Positions 51,101-63,220 of a stretch of 64,000 bases of DNA are shown piece after piece. The notes under the pieces were generated by a model. That model ran no database searches and was not told the DNA's origin. It saw only the letters and a program-made list of their open reading frames with translations. The stretch lies in NCBI RefSeq assembly GCF_006345805.1, contig NC_042997.1:170934001-170998000 (forward strand), written 5' to 3'. Source of the stretch: Octopus sinensis. Its lineage: Eukaryota. The translations under genes were made by a program, and so were the position numbers. The first letter of the stretch is position 1. The number at the start of each line of letters is the position of its first letter.

Positions 51101-52329
51101 CACACACATACATATACTGATTCAGTTGCAAAGTGTTATTTCGAGTAAAGTTATTTGGTTGCAGACCTCATCTGAGTCTTTTTATTATCACTGGGTCAGA
51201 GATAATCTCCAGATGGTAACATTGATTTCAAAGCCTTTCCAGATAAGTGATTGGTCATTCAAAGAGATTTATAGATTGCAAATTTATTCTGTTCAGTTTG
51301 GAATCTGGGCATAAAGATGAGTAGTCTGACATAACTATGTCATGATTAGAATTTTTGTTAGGGTGTGTAAAGACGGAAAGAACCCTCATTAAAAGTCTTA
51401 ATCTTCAATTTTGATGAAATTCGAATCATAGGTATTCCAGTTCATTAGAGAAAATATAAAAGAAAAGCCTAATTCTTTAATTGCATGTGACACAGGCAAC
51501 GTTGGGTTTCTCTGATAGTATATATATAAATATATATATGATTTGGGAAAACAAATTTCCAAATCAATCATGTGTAACGCTACAGCTTTATATGCATCTA
51601 CATATCATACTTTGGGGTCTTATTTATCATATATTTATATAGATTTATCTATAAAAGAAATTCTATATTGTAGAATTGTATTAAAAAGGAACATGGTAAC
51701 AGGCAAAGAAAATCTGACTTTTATCATAAGAGATATACAAAATATCTAATAAGAGTCAATATTCAATTTTGCGGGGTTAATTGATATGCGGGTATTCTAT
51801 TTCAGATAATACAAAAACAACCTAATGAATATATCTGACAGTAAACTCATGGTATCAGTTTGCACATCACGAAATAATAATTTGTATTTGAATTTTTCTT
51901 GTTAAATATCACATTTAAACACAAACATTTTTATTCTGATGTTTAATCTTATATCTCACATTTGAAATATACTTGATTTTACATGATTGATATATATATA
52001 TATATATATATATATACTAATTCATATTTATACCGTATAATTTATAAATTTTAATTCTAAATATTACAAAGTATAATTTTCATTCTTAATTTTTAATTCA
52101 TAATTTTTAATCTTTAATGCTTAATCGTATGGCTTATATTTAAAGCGATGTAAAATTAGATATATAATATTTTGAAATAGAACTTGAAGATGTGTGCTGG
52201 CATCTACTTGTGAACAATCGCCTACGGTATGTTTATATTCAATGTGGATGCAATAAATTGCTCATAATTACTGGTAATAACAAAGTTATACAGGTAAGTG
52301 GAGGAATTATAACATTATTTTAGTAGTAA

Positions 52330-52404
52330 TTTATTTTACAGAAGTATAGCCTAGGCTAGGGTGCATCCTATGCACTCGTGCGTCTTATAAGCCATCAAAT
52401 ACGG
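52330..52404. mobile_element. pogo/Tigger-like MITE end fragment
   Basis: GGGTGCATCCTATGCACTCGTGCGTCTTATAAGCCATCAAATACGG|TA resembles pogo-type TACCGTA termini; no matching other end found. Confidence 0.45.
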
Positions 52405-52479
52405 TATATGTGTGCGTGTGTGTGTGTATGTATGTGTATATATATATATATATTTCTATGTCCCTAAACATGATACAGT

Positions 52480-52790
52480 AAGACAGAAAAGCGAGACAGA
52501 TGAGTGACAACCTGGCCACTGGTGTAACACACCATACTAATCATATCTGTCGGGGATGTGGAAGAGAGTGTAATTCGGCAGGAGGACTTAAACGACATGC
52601 AAAAGTACATGAAGCCCAGTTACAACTAAACCCGGGCATTACCGGTAAACGTTTTAGTTGCCAATTCTGTACAAGACATTGAAGATATTTAGCTGGGCTA
52701 AAAAGTCACATTCGATCACAGCACCAATAACAGTTAAGCTTCGTGCAATGGCCATATTCGATAACGAGGGGGCAGCCATAATATATATAT
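52480..52790 (+). mobile_element. 5'-truncated LINE (RTE-like) 3' end encoding two C2H2 zinc fingers
   Basis: 52500-52730 reads HICRGCGRECNSAGGLKRHAKVH...FSCQFCTRH*RYLAGLKSHIRSQHQ*. The linker is long and not TGEKP, there is one in-frame stop, the 3' UTR is short (GCAATGGCCATATTCGATAACGAGGGG), and (TA)n flanks both sides. Confidence 0.65.
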
Positions 52791-52957
52791 ATATATACAA
52801 GATAAGAAAATGGAGAAATACATCTAAATCAAATATCAATTATCAGATAATACTCAATCACACTTTATTAAACCACCACATAAGAGACTGTAGGTTTAAG
52901 CATAAAAAAGCAGAACAAATCAGTGTACATAAAGGAATGTACATAAAAAAGTGTACG

Positions 52958-53345
52958 CTGTGTGGTAAGTAGCTTGCTAACCAACCACATGGTTCCGGGT
53001 TCAGTCCCACTGCGTGGCATCTTGGGCAAGTGTCTTCTGCTATAGCCCCGGGCCGACCAAAGCCTTGTGAGTGGATTTGGTAGACGGAAACTGAAAGAAG
53101 CCCGTCGTATATATGTATATATATATGTGTGTGTGTGTTTGTGTTGGTTCCCCTAGCATTGCTTGACAACCGATGCTGGTGTGTTTATGTCCCCGTTACT
53201 TAGCGGTTCGGCAAAAGAGACCGATAGGATAAGTACTGGGCTTACAAAAAGAATAAGTTCCGGGGTCGAGTTGCTTGATTAAAGGCGGTGCTCCAGCATG
53301 GCCGCAGTCAAATGACTGAAACAAGCAAAAGAGTAAAGAGTAAGG
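52958..53345 (+). mobile_element. SINE family A, young copy
   Basis: CpG-rich consensus copy. A young 3' fragment also lies at 55826-55973. Confidence 0.92.
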
Positions 53346-53412
53346 GTATAAAAGAGTAATGTTGTATAATAAGTAGAATATATATAAAAAAGAGAATATA
53401 AATATAAGTATA

Positions 53413-53450
<38 letters not shown>

Positions 53451-53545
53451 TTATTGTTGGTGCCTGTAGTTTGTACAAGTAACTTCTAATAAGAGTACAA
53501 TGTCACTGATTGGAAGGTATTTGTTAACTATGACATTCCCTGTGG

Positions 53546-53629
<84 letters not shown>

Positions 53630-56600
53630 TTATGACGTAAGTCTTTCAAGTTAATATTTGACAGTCTGCAAAAGAAGAGAAACTAGAAATACAAGGAGAC
53701 ATGAAAAACATGTAATATGTATATAGGGGTATTTAGCAGAATACATTAAATAAAAGTAGATAACCTCTCGTGCAATTATTTTCTTCACTCACCCTCTTAA
53801 GTTAATCTTTAAGGGCTTACAGAGCTTACCAAGACATGACAGTGGCGTTTTATAGCCAATGTGTTTGAGGAAATTAAATATCTGCTGTATTATAATGATG
53901 AGATGAGACTTAGATTTAATATGCTGCTTGAAGAGTTTAAATAATCATTCCAAAGTTGTAAAGCTTGGAAATGTATGGCTGTAACTTAGCACTGAATGCT
54001 ATTACGCATGGATTTGTTATTGAAAAGTGTATATAGTGAATAAAAAGGTTACATATAAAAACACTGATAGCCATGTCTAGACAAGTATATACTACTTATT
54101 GGTTGAGAAACCTACAAAGAAGCTTCTACATGGTAACTTGAGTGGCTAAAAATAGCAGCTAAATCTTAACTAAATTGCACCCCACCATCTGAAAAAGGAC
54201 ACACAGATTAATGTGGCTGTAGATATACTAGATATAAAAAAAAAGACAGGATGGTCATGGTTGGAACACTTCTGATCATAGTCCTGCCTGATCAGGGTAG
54301 AACTGGGGCAAAGTAATAATAGTTGAGTGGCGAAATTGTTTATAGTTTGTTTCCTAACTGTAGAGATGTAATATGGAGTAGAAACTTGCAATGCAGAAGT
54401 CAAATCCTTCCTTTAGCAAAATAATCTCAGACATGGCTGTGTGGTTGGGAAGTTTGCTTTGCAGCCATGTGGTTTCAGGTTCAATTGATACCTTGAAATT
54501 GCAGGAGCTCCCTCTTTATCTATTTATATATCAGTGTGTGTGTGTGTGTGTGTGCGCGCGCACGCATGCATTATTCATTTTTACATGTCTTTCCATGAGA
54601 GTATGAGTTAGAAGAAATATATTGTGGTAATGCCTACAAAGAGGATGCCCCTCTTGACACTAATCCTTACCTTTTTTGCAAGTAAGGAACTTCTTATTTC
54701 AAATACCTTTGAAGGCAGATGTCAGTGGACGACCTGCTGAGAGGGGAAGTGATGGGAAAGCTTCAGAGAACCACAAATGCAAACAAATCTGCAGGCACAT
54801 TGCTTCTTCACATATCTATATGCATGCTCACATGTGCGTACACACATACACACACGAGTATATTTTTTTTATCAATGCATAACAGTAAGGAAACAAATTA
54901 AAAAGAAAAAAAAAACCTGAATAAAAGAAAAAAGAAAAACAAATGTTCTCCACCTTTTTACCATTTATTTGATTCAGTAGTTGCACAGTGGCCATGCTGA
55001 GGCACTGCCTTGACGGGCTTAACTGAACAAATTGACCCCACTACTTATATTTAAATTCCAGTACATATTCTACCAGTCTCTTTTGTCAAACTGCTAAGTT
55101 ACCAGGATGTAAACAAACCAACACTGGGTGTCAAGTTATGGTTGGAGAACAAAAATAAACATGGGCACAAACACACACGACATTCTTCCACTGAGTCCAT
55201 CTACCAGATTCATTTATGAGGCATTAGTTGGCCCAGAACTATAATAGAAGACATTTGCCCATGGTGCAATGTGCCTTACAGTATTATTCTGCACTCAATT
55301 ATAAATACCCCCTTGTCACAATTGCCATCAAAAATGCAAGGAGTTGATGATTGATTCAACAGAAACCCATAAACAACATTGCTATCTGTTCTCCAATTAC
55401 AATGTAAGATAATCTCAGCCAGTAAAATGCAATAGTGATAAAAAGAATATTAAAAAGTACTTTTTTTTCTTTCACTACACGTTCAATGGTACAATTTCAC
55501 TGTGTGTGCATGTGTGTCACAGTAGATAAACTAGACCATTCTAATTCAGGAAATGTAATAAATTAGAGATTATGGGGATATATAGAGAGAGAGATTATGG
55601 AGATATATATAAGACACTATATAAGATAAAATATTATATTCATCTAAGATGAGAGTTTCTTGCAATATTTCTTTTTAGTGACAAATATATAAACTGAATA
55701 AAGATGTAGTTTTTTAAATTTTATTTTATTTAAATATGTTGATTAAATATGAAACAAGAATAGAAATTAACTAAAACCAACTTCAAGTATATATATGAAA
55801 TATTCAAAACATAAACACACTAGTAACGTCACTTAGCGGTTCGGCAAAAGAGACTGATAAAATAAGTACTGGGCTTACAAAGAATAAGTCCCGGGGTCGA
55901 GTTGCTCGACTAAAGGCGGTGCTCCAGCATGGCCGCAGTCAAATGACTGAAACAAGTAAAAGAGTAAAGAGTACGATCTAGAGTTTATTTCAAGAAGGGT
56001 AACTACCACAAAATATATATATATATATTTACAAACCAATTGTCACTACGATATAAAATGAAGAATTTCAACTTAGATAGCTCTCATCTGACATTAAATT
56101 AAGCAGACTAGAAATTGAGAAAACTTTCCTTTCTAATGAAACTTTTTTTTCTTCTTTTACGTTTGTTAATAATGTGATTAAAAAATAGAATAAAAATTTA
56201 AAAAAAAACCCTGTTATAGTCACGCCAGAAACATTTGTCAGCTTTTCTGACACGCTTTAGCATTCTAAATAGAAAAATAATTGAATGATATAGGAGGAAA
56301 CGTCAATGTGACTAATAGGTGCCAATGTGGAAATAAAACATATGTAAATCAAAGAAATTGGGAAGAAATCAATTATTCAAGCAAAAGACTTTTGTTGTTG
56401 ATTTGAAGTAGCTTATAATAAGTCATAAAATAAAAGAGTATCATAATTAAGGGAAAGGAAAATGTGAATTTGAGATGTTTATGCCTTGGCCAAGGATATT
56501 AATAGACTAAGTTAAATGAAATGATAACAACCAAGATAAAACTCAAGTAGATCCTATCTTCATATTATCATACTTGTCAGAACTATACTTCAAGTATGAG

Positions 56601-58509
56601 TAACCCTACAGTAGAGACTAGGAATGAATGCTGAAACACCAAAACATGCATTTATATAGTCAGGGCAACTCAATAATTATGTGCTAGACTTAATGGTTCA
56701 ACTGCAGCTTAGGAAACCCCATTAAGTATTCGGAACCATTCCTGTTACATAATGAAGGAGTTAGTGGTAGAAAAGGTATACAGTTCCAAGTTAAAAATTG
56801 TCTTAAAATGGACTTTCAGTTTTTCCCTTTCATCCTTTTGATAAATAAGTGCCCATCGAGGGTGGTGAATTTAAAAGGTCAGGCAAGATGTGCTGTAATA
56901 TCCATTCTGGTCTTTTATGCTCTAATTATTTATCTTCTGTGCTGACAGTAATGCTAAGACAGAAGCATCCCAAATTATCAACTTTCCTTTTGGATAAACA
57001 CTGGTGTTATGGAGCGGGGAGACATGCTTGCATGGGCAATGCAATTCTGCCAGCCTTCCTCAAAAAAATCTAGCCCAGGCCTGTAGACACATGTGTATCC
57101 ACTAATGGGGACTCCTACATACATAAATATATACACAATGGGGGCTCCCCACCCACCACACACACAGACATATGTTTGTGTGTGTGTGGTTAAAGTGGCA
57201 CCTGCATAGTTGTATGATTAAGAAGTTCACTCTCCAACTACATGGTTTCAAGTTCAGTCCTACTGTGTGGTACCTTGGGCAAACATCTACTATAGCTCCC
57301 AGTAAACCAAAGCCTTGTGAGTTGATCTGGTAAACAGAAACTGAAAGAAGCATGTTGTACACATACAATCACAAATGTAGATAATTTCGAGAACTGAATA
57401 CTGGTTGGGTAATAACCATGTGGTTAAGGTGATGGGTTATCACACTGAATTCATATTATTCTAAGCTCAAATTTTACTACTGTCATATGTATTGATAATT
57501 CCATAATGACTTCTGACACTGATTACACAATGTCATATGTTTAAAGTTGATTGAATTGACCCAAATGTATGCTTATTATTTAATAATAGCTACATGGAAA
57601 GCATGAAAGGCAAAGTTGACACCGTTGGGATTTGAACTGAGAATGCAGAGTAGCCATTGCTCAGCTTATTGAACCTCAATTAAAAGGGTTAATTACAACA
57701 GATTAAGCCAATAAATGCTTTAATTTCTTATTGTCAACAATGTAGCAGTCTTTACTGGAGCATTGCATACAGTTGCCTTGTGGTATTTGTTCTGACTATC
57801 TGTGCTTTAAGTTTAGATCCCTCTGAAGTCATGAACAACAGACTGAATGTCATGTGTCGTTTGTTCTGGCATTTTGTGCTCTGAGTTCAAATCTTACCAT
57901 AGGCTACCAGGTTGCACATCACTATCTGGCACCTAGAATGACATATTCCAGGTGCATTATAAGCATCCTGCTCAAGTCACCAGCTTGAGGATACTTTCCT
58001 CCTTCCCTCCCACCCATCAGTCTTGATGAAGGCCCTGCAAACGGCCATGGGTGCACTGTCAGCACTCCTGACTAAAAGATAAATAAATAAACATATATAA
58101 AAAGAAGGCCACATTTTGTAATATTACTGATTAAATCAATCCCACCCTATGCAATAATTATATAAAAGCAAAACCACACACAGACATCCTCACATCCACC
58201 CATCCAGTAAGGTTAATTAAATTCAAAATAATGAAGCTTTATTTAACGTAACTATTAATTATCAATTACTTCTAACAAAGTAGGTTTGGTGCTGAAAGTA
58301 GTGATTCAAACAAGTTGTTCTATTTGCTGCATCTAGTTTGGCTCACTGAGCAAACCACACACATGCACACACACACATACACACAGACATTTGCTTATCT
58401 ATTTGTTTTTTACTCCAATCTTTTGGTTTCACCACTCGTATCAAGTTATATTTCTGGCAAGTTAACTTGGGGTTTCTTCAGTAACAATGTAACCTTCATA
58501 TAATAACTT

Positions 58510-58613
58510 AGGTATCTTCGGCCTGATGAGTAACTAGTGGAATACCCTCATTGAGTAATTATTACTTCTGAGGATCTGCTAGCTAGGAAACATATGTAAC
58601 CTAGATTTTACCT
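58510..58613 (+). ncRNA. Decayed type-I hammerhead ribozyme (PLE/retrozyme-like)
   Basis: CTGATGA (58523-58529); long helix II closed by GTAACTAG/CTAGCTAG; GAAA (58587-58590); palindromic ACATATGT helix III; GTA cleavage triplet; extended helix I AGGT-ATCT-GG / CC-AGAT-ACCT. Two core-closing pairs are mismatched. Confidence 0.6.
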
Positions 58614-58631
58614 GCTCCGCTCCTTCAACTT

Positions 58632-58930
58632 GGACATCATCATTATCATCATTGTTTAATGTCCGTTTTCCATGCTAGCATGGATTGGATGGTTTGACCG
58701 GGGTCTGGGAAGCCAGGAGGCTGCAACAGGCTCCAATCTGATCTGGCAGTGTTTCTACAGATGGATGTCCTTCCTAACGCCAACCACTCCGTGAGTGTAG
58801 TGGGTGTTTTTTACGTGCCACTGGCACAGGTGCAAGGCTGGCAATGGCCACGATCGGTTGGTGCTTTTTATGTGCCACCAGCACGGAAGCCAGTCAAGGC
58901 GGTGCTGGCATCAGCCACATTCAGATGGTG
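58632..58930 (-). mobile_element. Family E retroposon
   Basis: Inverse of 49150-49613, with one divergent unit plus one shortened unit. Confidence 0.88.
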
Positions 58931-59173
58931 TGATTTTTTTGGAATGATGGGTCTCAAAGTACATTACATATAGCTATAAAAGATAACATGAAAATATTGG
59001 TTTGAAAACCCCTTTGGGACAACAAAAGTCAAAGGCTGCCTGGTGCAGCTGTGTGGTTCTGGGTTCAGTCCCACTGCATGGCAACTTGGGCAAATATCAT
59101 CTACTATAGTCTCAGGCTGACCAAAGCCTTGTGAGTGGATTTGGTAGATGGAAACTGAAAGGCATGCTGGTAA

Positions 59174-59380
59174 AACACTGCTCCTTTAAATGGAAACCTT
59201 ACCTGTCCTTGTGTTTTTGTGGCATGAAGCAAAGCAGGCCTAGCCATCCACTCAAGAAAACAGATAGTAAATAATCCACAAGCGCTCAAGCAAACTGAGT
59301 CCTCAAATTGCTCCATTTGTCAAAAGGTTTGCAAGGCACTGATGGACCTCAAGAGACACATTCATGTCCATAGAACATGA
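59174..59380 (+). pseudogene. Second two-finger C2H2 fossil, probable LINE C-terminus
   Basis: One frame reads LTCPCVFVA*SKAGLAIHSRKQ...CSICQKVCKALMDLKRHIHVHRT*. The second finger is an intact C-x2-C-x12-H-x3-H; the segment lies between SINE A pieces. Confidence 0.55.
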
Positions 59381-59671
59381 TCAATGCTTTATTTTACTGA
59401 ACCCTCATTTTTTGTTCACGTCAAGAGAATCCATCATCATCAATATATGTGTATGTGTGTATGTTTATGTGTGTGTGTCTTTATATCTGTGTTTATCCTT
59501 CCACTACCACTTGACAACCAGTGTTGGTGTGTTTATGTCCTTATAGCTTCGCAGTTCACCAAGAGAGATTGACAGAATAAGTACTAGACTTTAAAAAAAT
59601 GTCCTGGGGTCGAGTTCTTCAATTAAAACTCTTCAGGACAGTGCCTCAGCGAATAAAAGAATATATATATA

Positions 59672-59861
59672 GTCAATAATAATAAGGGTAAAATTAATCA
59701 ATTAGTAATTAATAATTTTACCAAGTAGTGTTCAGTATGTAAAAGGACCATTTACGGTAAATTTAAACATTACTTTATATAATTAGGGTTCAGCAAAAAA
59801 ATTTACTTTACCACACACCGAACTTTTAGAAATAGCAGCCAAAGAATTTAGCCATTTCCCC

Positions 59862-59865
<4 letters not shown>
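59672..59865. repeat. AT-rich repeat-like segment bounded by (TA)n on both sides
   Basis: (TA)n flanks are seen directly. It is recognised from memory as a common octopus PLE-like fragment; there is only one copy in this window. Confidence 0.35.
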
Positions 59866-59896
<31 letters not shown>

Positions 59897-60643
59897 GTTA
59901 ACTACATTTAAATGAATCATTGCATTTTGACACCCCACCAGCTGAAAGCAGTTTGATTGCTGCACAATTTTTGAAATAATTAAATGGTGGACAGCAGATG
60001 ACCTTACAATATCTAAGCCCTTTGTCAAAGCAGATAGCCCTATTTGCAACAGTCTGACTAACAGGTTCCTCTCTTACTTCATGCATGAGTGAGTATCAAT
60101 AGTAGGACAAGCAACCAAGCATGGGAAAACTGTTTAAAAACTATTCAAATGTTCAGATTTTTACTCTTTCTCTCTCTCACACATACACAAACAAAACACT
60201 CTACCCACCATAGAAAGATAAAAATAAATTATTGAAGAGATAGCATAAAGAGATGAAAGTGTGTGTGTTTGTATGTGTGGAGGGGTGGAGTGAATTACAG
60301 CATGCAAAGAAAAAAACTACTTCAATCATGTATAATGAATAAAAAAAAATATCTAAAGATTCACATGATATGATGAACTTGTTTAACACCCAGCTACGTA
60401 TTGATTGAATGGCAAACTGAAAGTTTTGTACTTTTAACAGATACAGCTACGAAGCACAGAGAGAAAGACAGTTGATAGATTAAATGAAAGGACATGTAAC
60501 AGGCATACACAGATGTATTGACAAATTCTATAGGAAGACACAGCAAGAGTCAGAACGGTAATATATTCAACAGAACATCTAAAAGATCATCAATTATTTC
60601 AGATAGAATGATGAGGAGTCTTATTCACTAGAATTATTTCGAA

Positions 60644-61037
60644 GGATCTTTTCGGTTTGAACGGCAGTTTTTTTTCGAGCGGTGTCATATAAAATTGTCA
60701 CCCATAATTATGACCCTATTGCATTTCAATCTGGGTTAGGGTTAGGGGTGGGGGGGAAGGGTATCGTTTTTTTTCTTCACAAATGTAAATAAACCCAATC
60801 TGTTTCTTAAATGAGGAACAGAATGTTTTTTTTTACCTCAATAGACGTCAGCGATTGGTTGAAATTGCAGAAATTGAAGAAAAAAAAACAACAAATATCT
60901 TACAAACCGTAGAATTTTCTCAATAAAGCCAAGAGAAAAAGATGTTTTATAAACACATTCTACAAGTATACGAAGTTTAAAATTTTTTAGTTACCAAGAA
61001 ATTATGTTAAAAACTGCCGTTCAAACCGAAAAGATCC
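60644..61037. mobile_element. Unclassified MITE with 28-bp TIRs and internal (TTAGGG)-like repeat
   Basis: GGATCTTTTCGGTTTGAACGGCAGTTTT / AAAACTGCCGTTCAAACCGAAAAGATCC; TTCGAA at 60638-60643 and 61040-61045; GGGTTAGGGTTAGGGG at about 60733-60748. Confidence 0.9.
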
Positions 61038-61738
61038 ACTTCGAATTCCCCATAGCTGTTTTTGAACTCTTAAAACAGCTTTAAAAATATGCCTTAGTTT
61101 ATTATAGCAGAGGTGGCAGGAGACGCGCACAAACACACACATCAAAATATATATTTAATAATAAAAGCCACTCGTCCTTCTCAGGGTATAAACTGACCTA
61201 TATCTGTGTAAACAGCAGAAATATTCCTCTGGGTTACTACATGACATAGAAAGTAGTGTAATGAATGAGTACATATATATATATATATATACATTAGACA
61301 AAGTGGCATTGTTGATGTATTCATAATTCCGGAAGTTACAAGTGTCAGTTTACAAGGCAGTTTTGGGTGGGGTGAAGGAGGTGGAGCAAGCACTATAAAT
61401 AATACCAACATCATTAACATGCCACTTAACTAACTACAAACAGCTACTGGCACAAACTTTAGCACCAGCGCAAGCACAAGCAAGCATCATCTGACTTAGA
61501 CTATTAGCATTACTGCTGCTCCCAGCTATCGTTAGCACCACAATGTGGGGTCCCAACCACTAGAAATAGCAGCCTTCTTTTAAATAAAAAATCTTGTTAA
61601 CTTTAGAAGGGGGGGGGGGAGAAAGCATACTTTGGACAATATAATTCTGGTTATATAATATAAGCAAGATGAGTGGAGATGCCTGGGTGCAGCCATTGGG
61701 ATGGGGATGATTTGGTGTGGTTGATTGGACATTCAGCC

Positions 61739-61823
61739 TGTTTTGGTGACAGTATTTTTTGACACTAGAGGCAAACACATACACACACATGCATGCATAT
61801 ATATATATATTATATATATATAT

Positions 61824-61873
<50 letters not shown>

Positions 61874-61920
61874 TTTCGGTAACAGTATTTTTTGGCACTA
61901 GAGGCAAACACCTACACACA
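61739..61920. repeat. 49-bp direct repeat flanking a (TA)n(GA)n tract
   Basis: TGTTTYGGTRACAGTATTTTTTGRCACTAGAGGCAAACACMTACACACA at 61739-61787 and 61872-61920. Confidence 0.9.
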
Positions 61921-61929
61921 TACCAGCTG

Positions 61930-62085
61930 TAATTGCGAGGATGATCCGGTTCTTGACTGAGGATAGAGAGCTTCGAATGACCTGTCCTTGTTTTTTTTTT
62001 TGTATCGTCTATCTGGATGTTTTGTTGTCCCTTTTTGTATCACCTAGTTGTCCGGATGTTTTGCGTTCTTGTCCCATTATGTATT
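61930..62085 (+). mobile_element. Dispersed repeat fragment, Penelope-like terminus
   Basis: Homologous to 2660-2832 (-); ends in (TA)n. Confidence 0.55.
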
Positions 62086-62087
62086 AT

Positions 62088-62140
<53 letters not shown>

Positions 62141-62617
62141 AAAACAGGGGCAATGAGAGAATGTAATAAACATTAAAACAAGTAATGTCAAGTAAGTCAG
62201 CACTGAATCAGTAACACCAAAAATATTTCATACCTTAAGATGAGTGACCTGAAGCTAAATAACAGCAACCAGAAATACTTATTTCAAAGTCTGTTTGATG
62301 AGGGCTGGCCTGGTGGGGCTTAAATAATTCCATTTCAGGCCTGCTTTGCAACCATGTATTTTTATTATTTTTAAAATTTTTTAGCGAGTGTCTTCTATAG
62401 CCTAGGTTGATCAAAGCCCAGTGAACCAAATCTACAACTGACTGAAAACTGCATGGAAGCCCATTGAAGAAACAGTCCTGCTCTTGGATTTTAGATTTAA
62501 TTGCTCAGTTTAATGTTACCAATCACTTGGAGACCTGTAACCGTTTGGCATTCAGCTTACCCTATAAAAGGTTATGCTTATTTATTCACATTGTTTTGAA
62601 TTAATCATGCATAAACA

Positions 62618-62815
62618 TAGGCGCAGGAGTGGCTGTGCGATATAGGTGTAGGAGTGGCTGTGTGGTATGAAGCTTGCTTACCAGCCACATGGTTCCAGGT
62701 TCATTCCCACTGCGTGGCACCTTGGTTGGGCAAGAGTCTTCTATTATAGCCTCGGGCCAGCCAAAGCCTTGTGGGTGGATTTGGTAGATGGAAACTGAAA
62801 GAAGCCTGTCGTATA
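62618..62815 (+). mobile_element. SINE family A 5' half with duplicated head
   Basis: AGGCGCAGGAGTGGCTGTGCG followed by AGGTGTAGGAGTGGCTGTGTGG. A 3' half lies at about 63195-63390, beyond the family D SINE. Confidence 0.85.
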
Positions 62816-62828
62816 CTTGTGTTTATAT

Positions 62829-63162
62829 ATATAAAGGGGTAAAGACCCCCTTCGGTCATGAATGACCATGGGATTGCACCTAGAAAGTTACCCTCCTAGA
62901 CACAAGTCCGGGCAAGGTTGTTTATGGAAGGCCAGCAGTCGCCCATGCATACCAGCCTCCCCTCTCCACGCCACCAGTGTTATCCAAGGGAAAGACAATG
63001 GTCGATACAGCTTGGCACCAGTGACGTCGTAACTCATTTCTACAGCTGAGTGAACTGGAGCAACGTGAAATAAAGTACCTTGCTCGAGAACACAACACAC
63101 AGCCCGGTCCGGGATTCGAGCTCACAACCTCACGATCGTAAGCTCGACGCTCTAACCACTGA

Positions 63163-63165
<3 letters not shown>
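62829..63165 (-). mobile_element. tRNA-headed SINE family D, young copy
   Basis: Minus strand: ATGGCTCAGTGGTTAGAGCG (A box), GCTCGAATCC (B box), GAGCAAGGTACTTTATTTCAC core, ending GAAGGGGGTCTTTACCCC. Older related fragments lie at about 2955-3112, 25850-26000 and 41790-41966 (all -). Confidence 0.9.

Positions 63166-63220
<55 letters not shown>

Noticed and set aside
52500-52682. Functional C2H2 zinc-finger gene
   Set aside because: There is an in-frame stop in finger 2, a non-Kruppel linker, no splice context and a LINE-like 3' end. Recorded as a mobile-element fragment.
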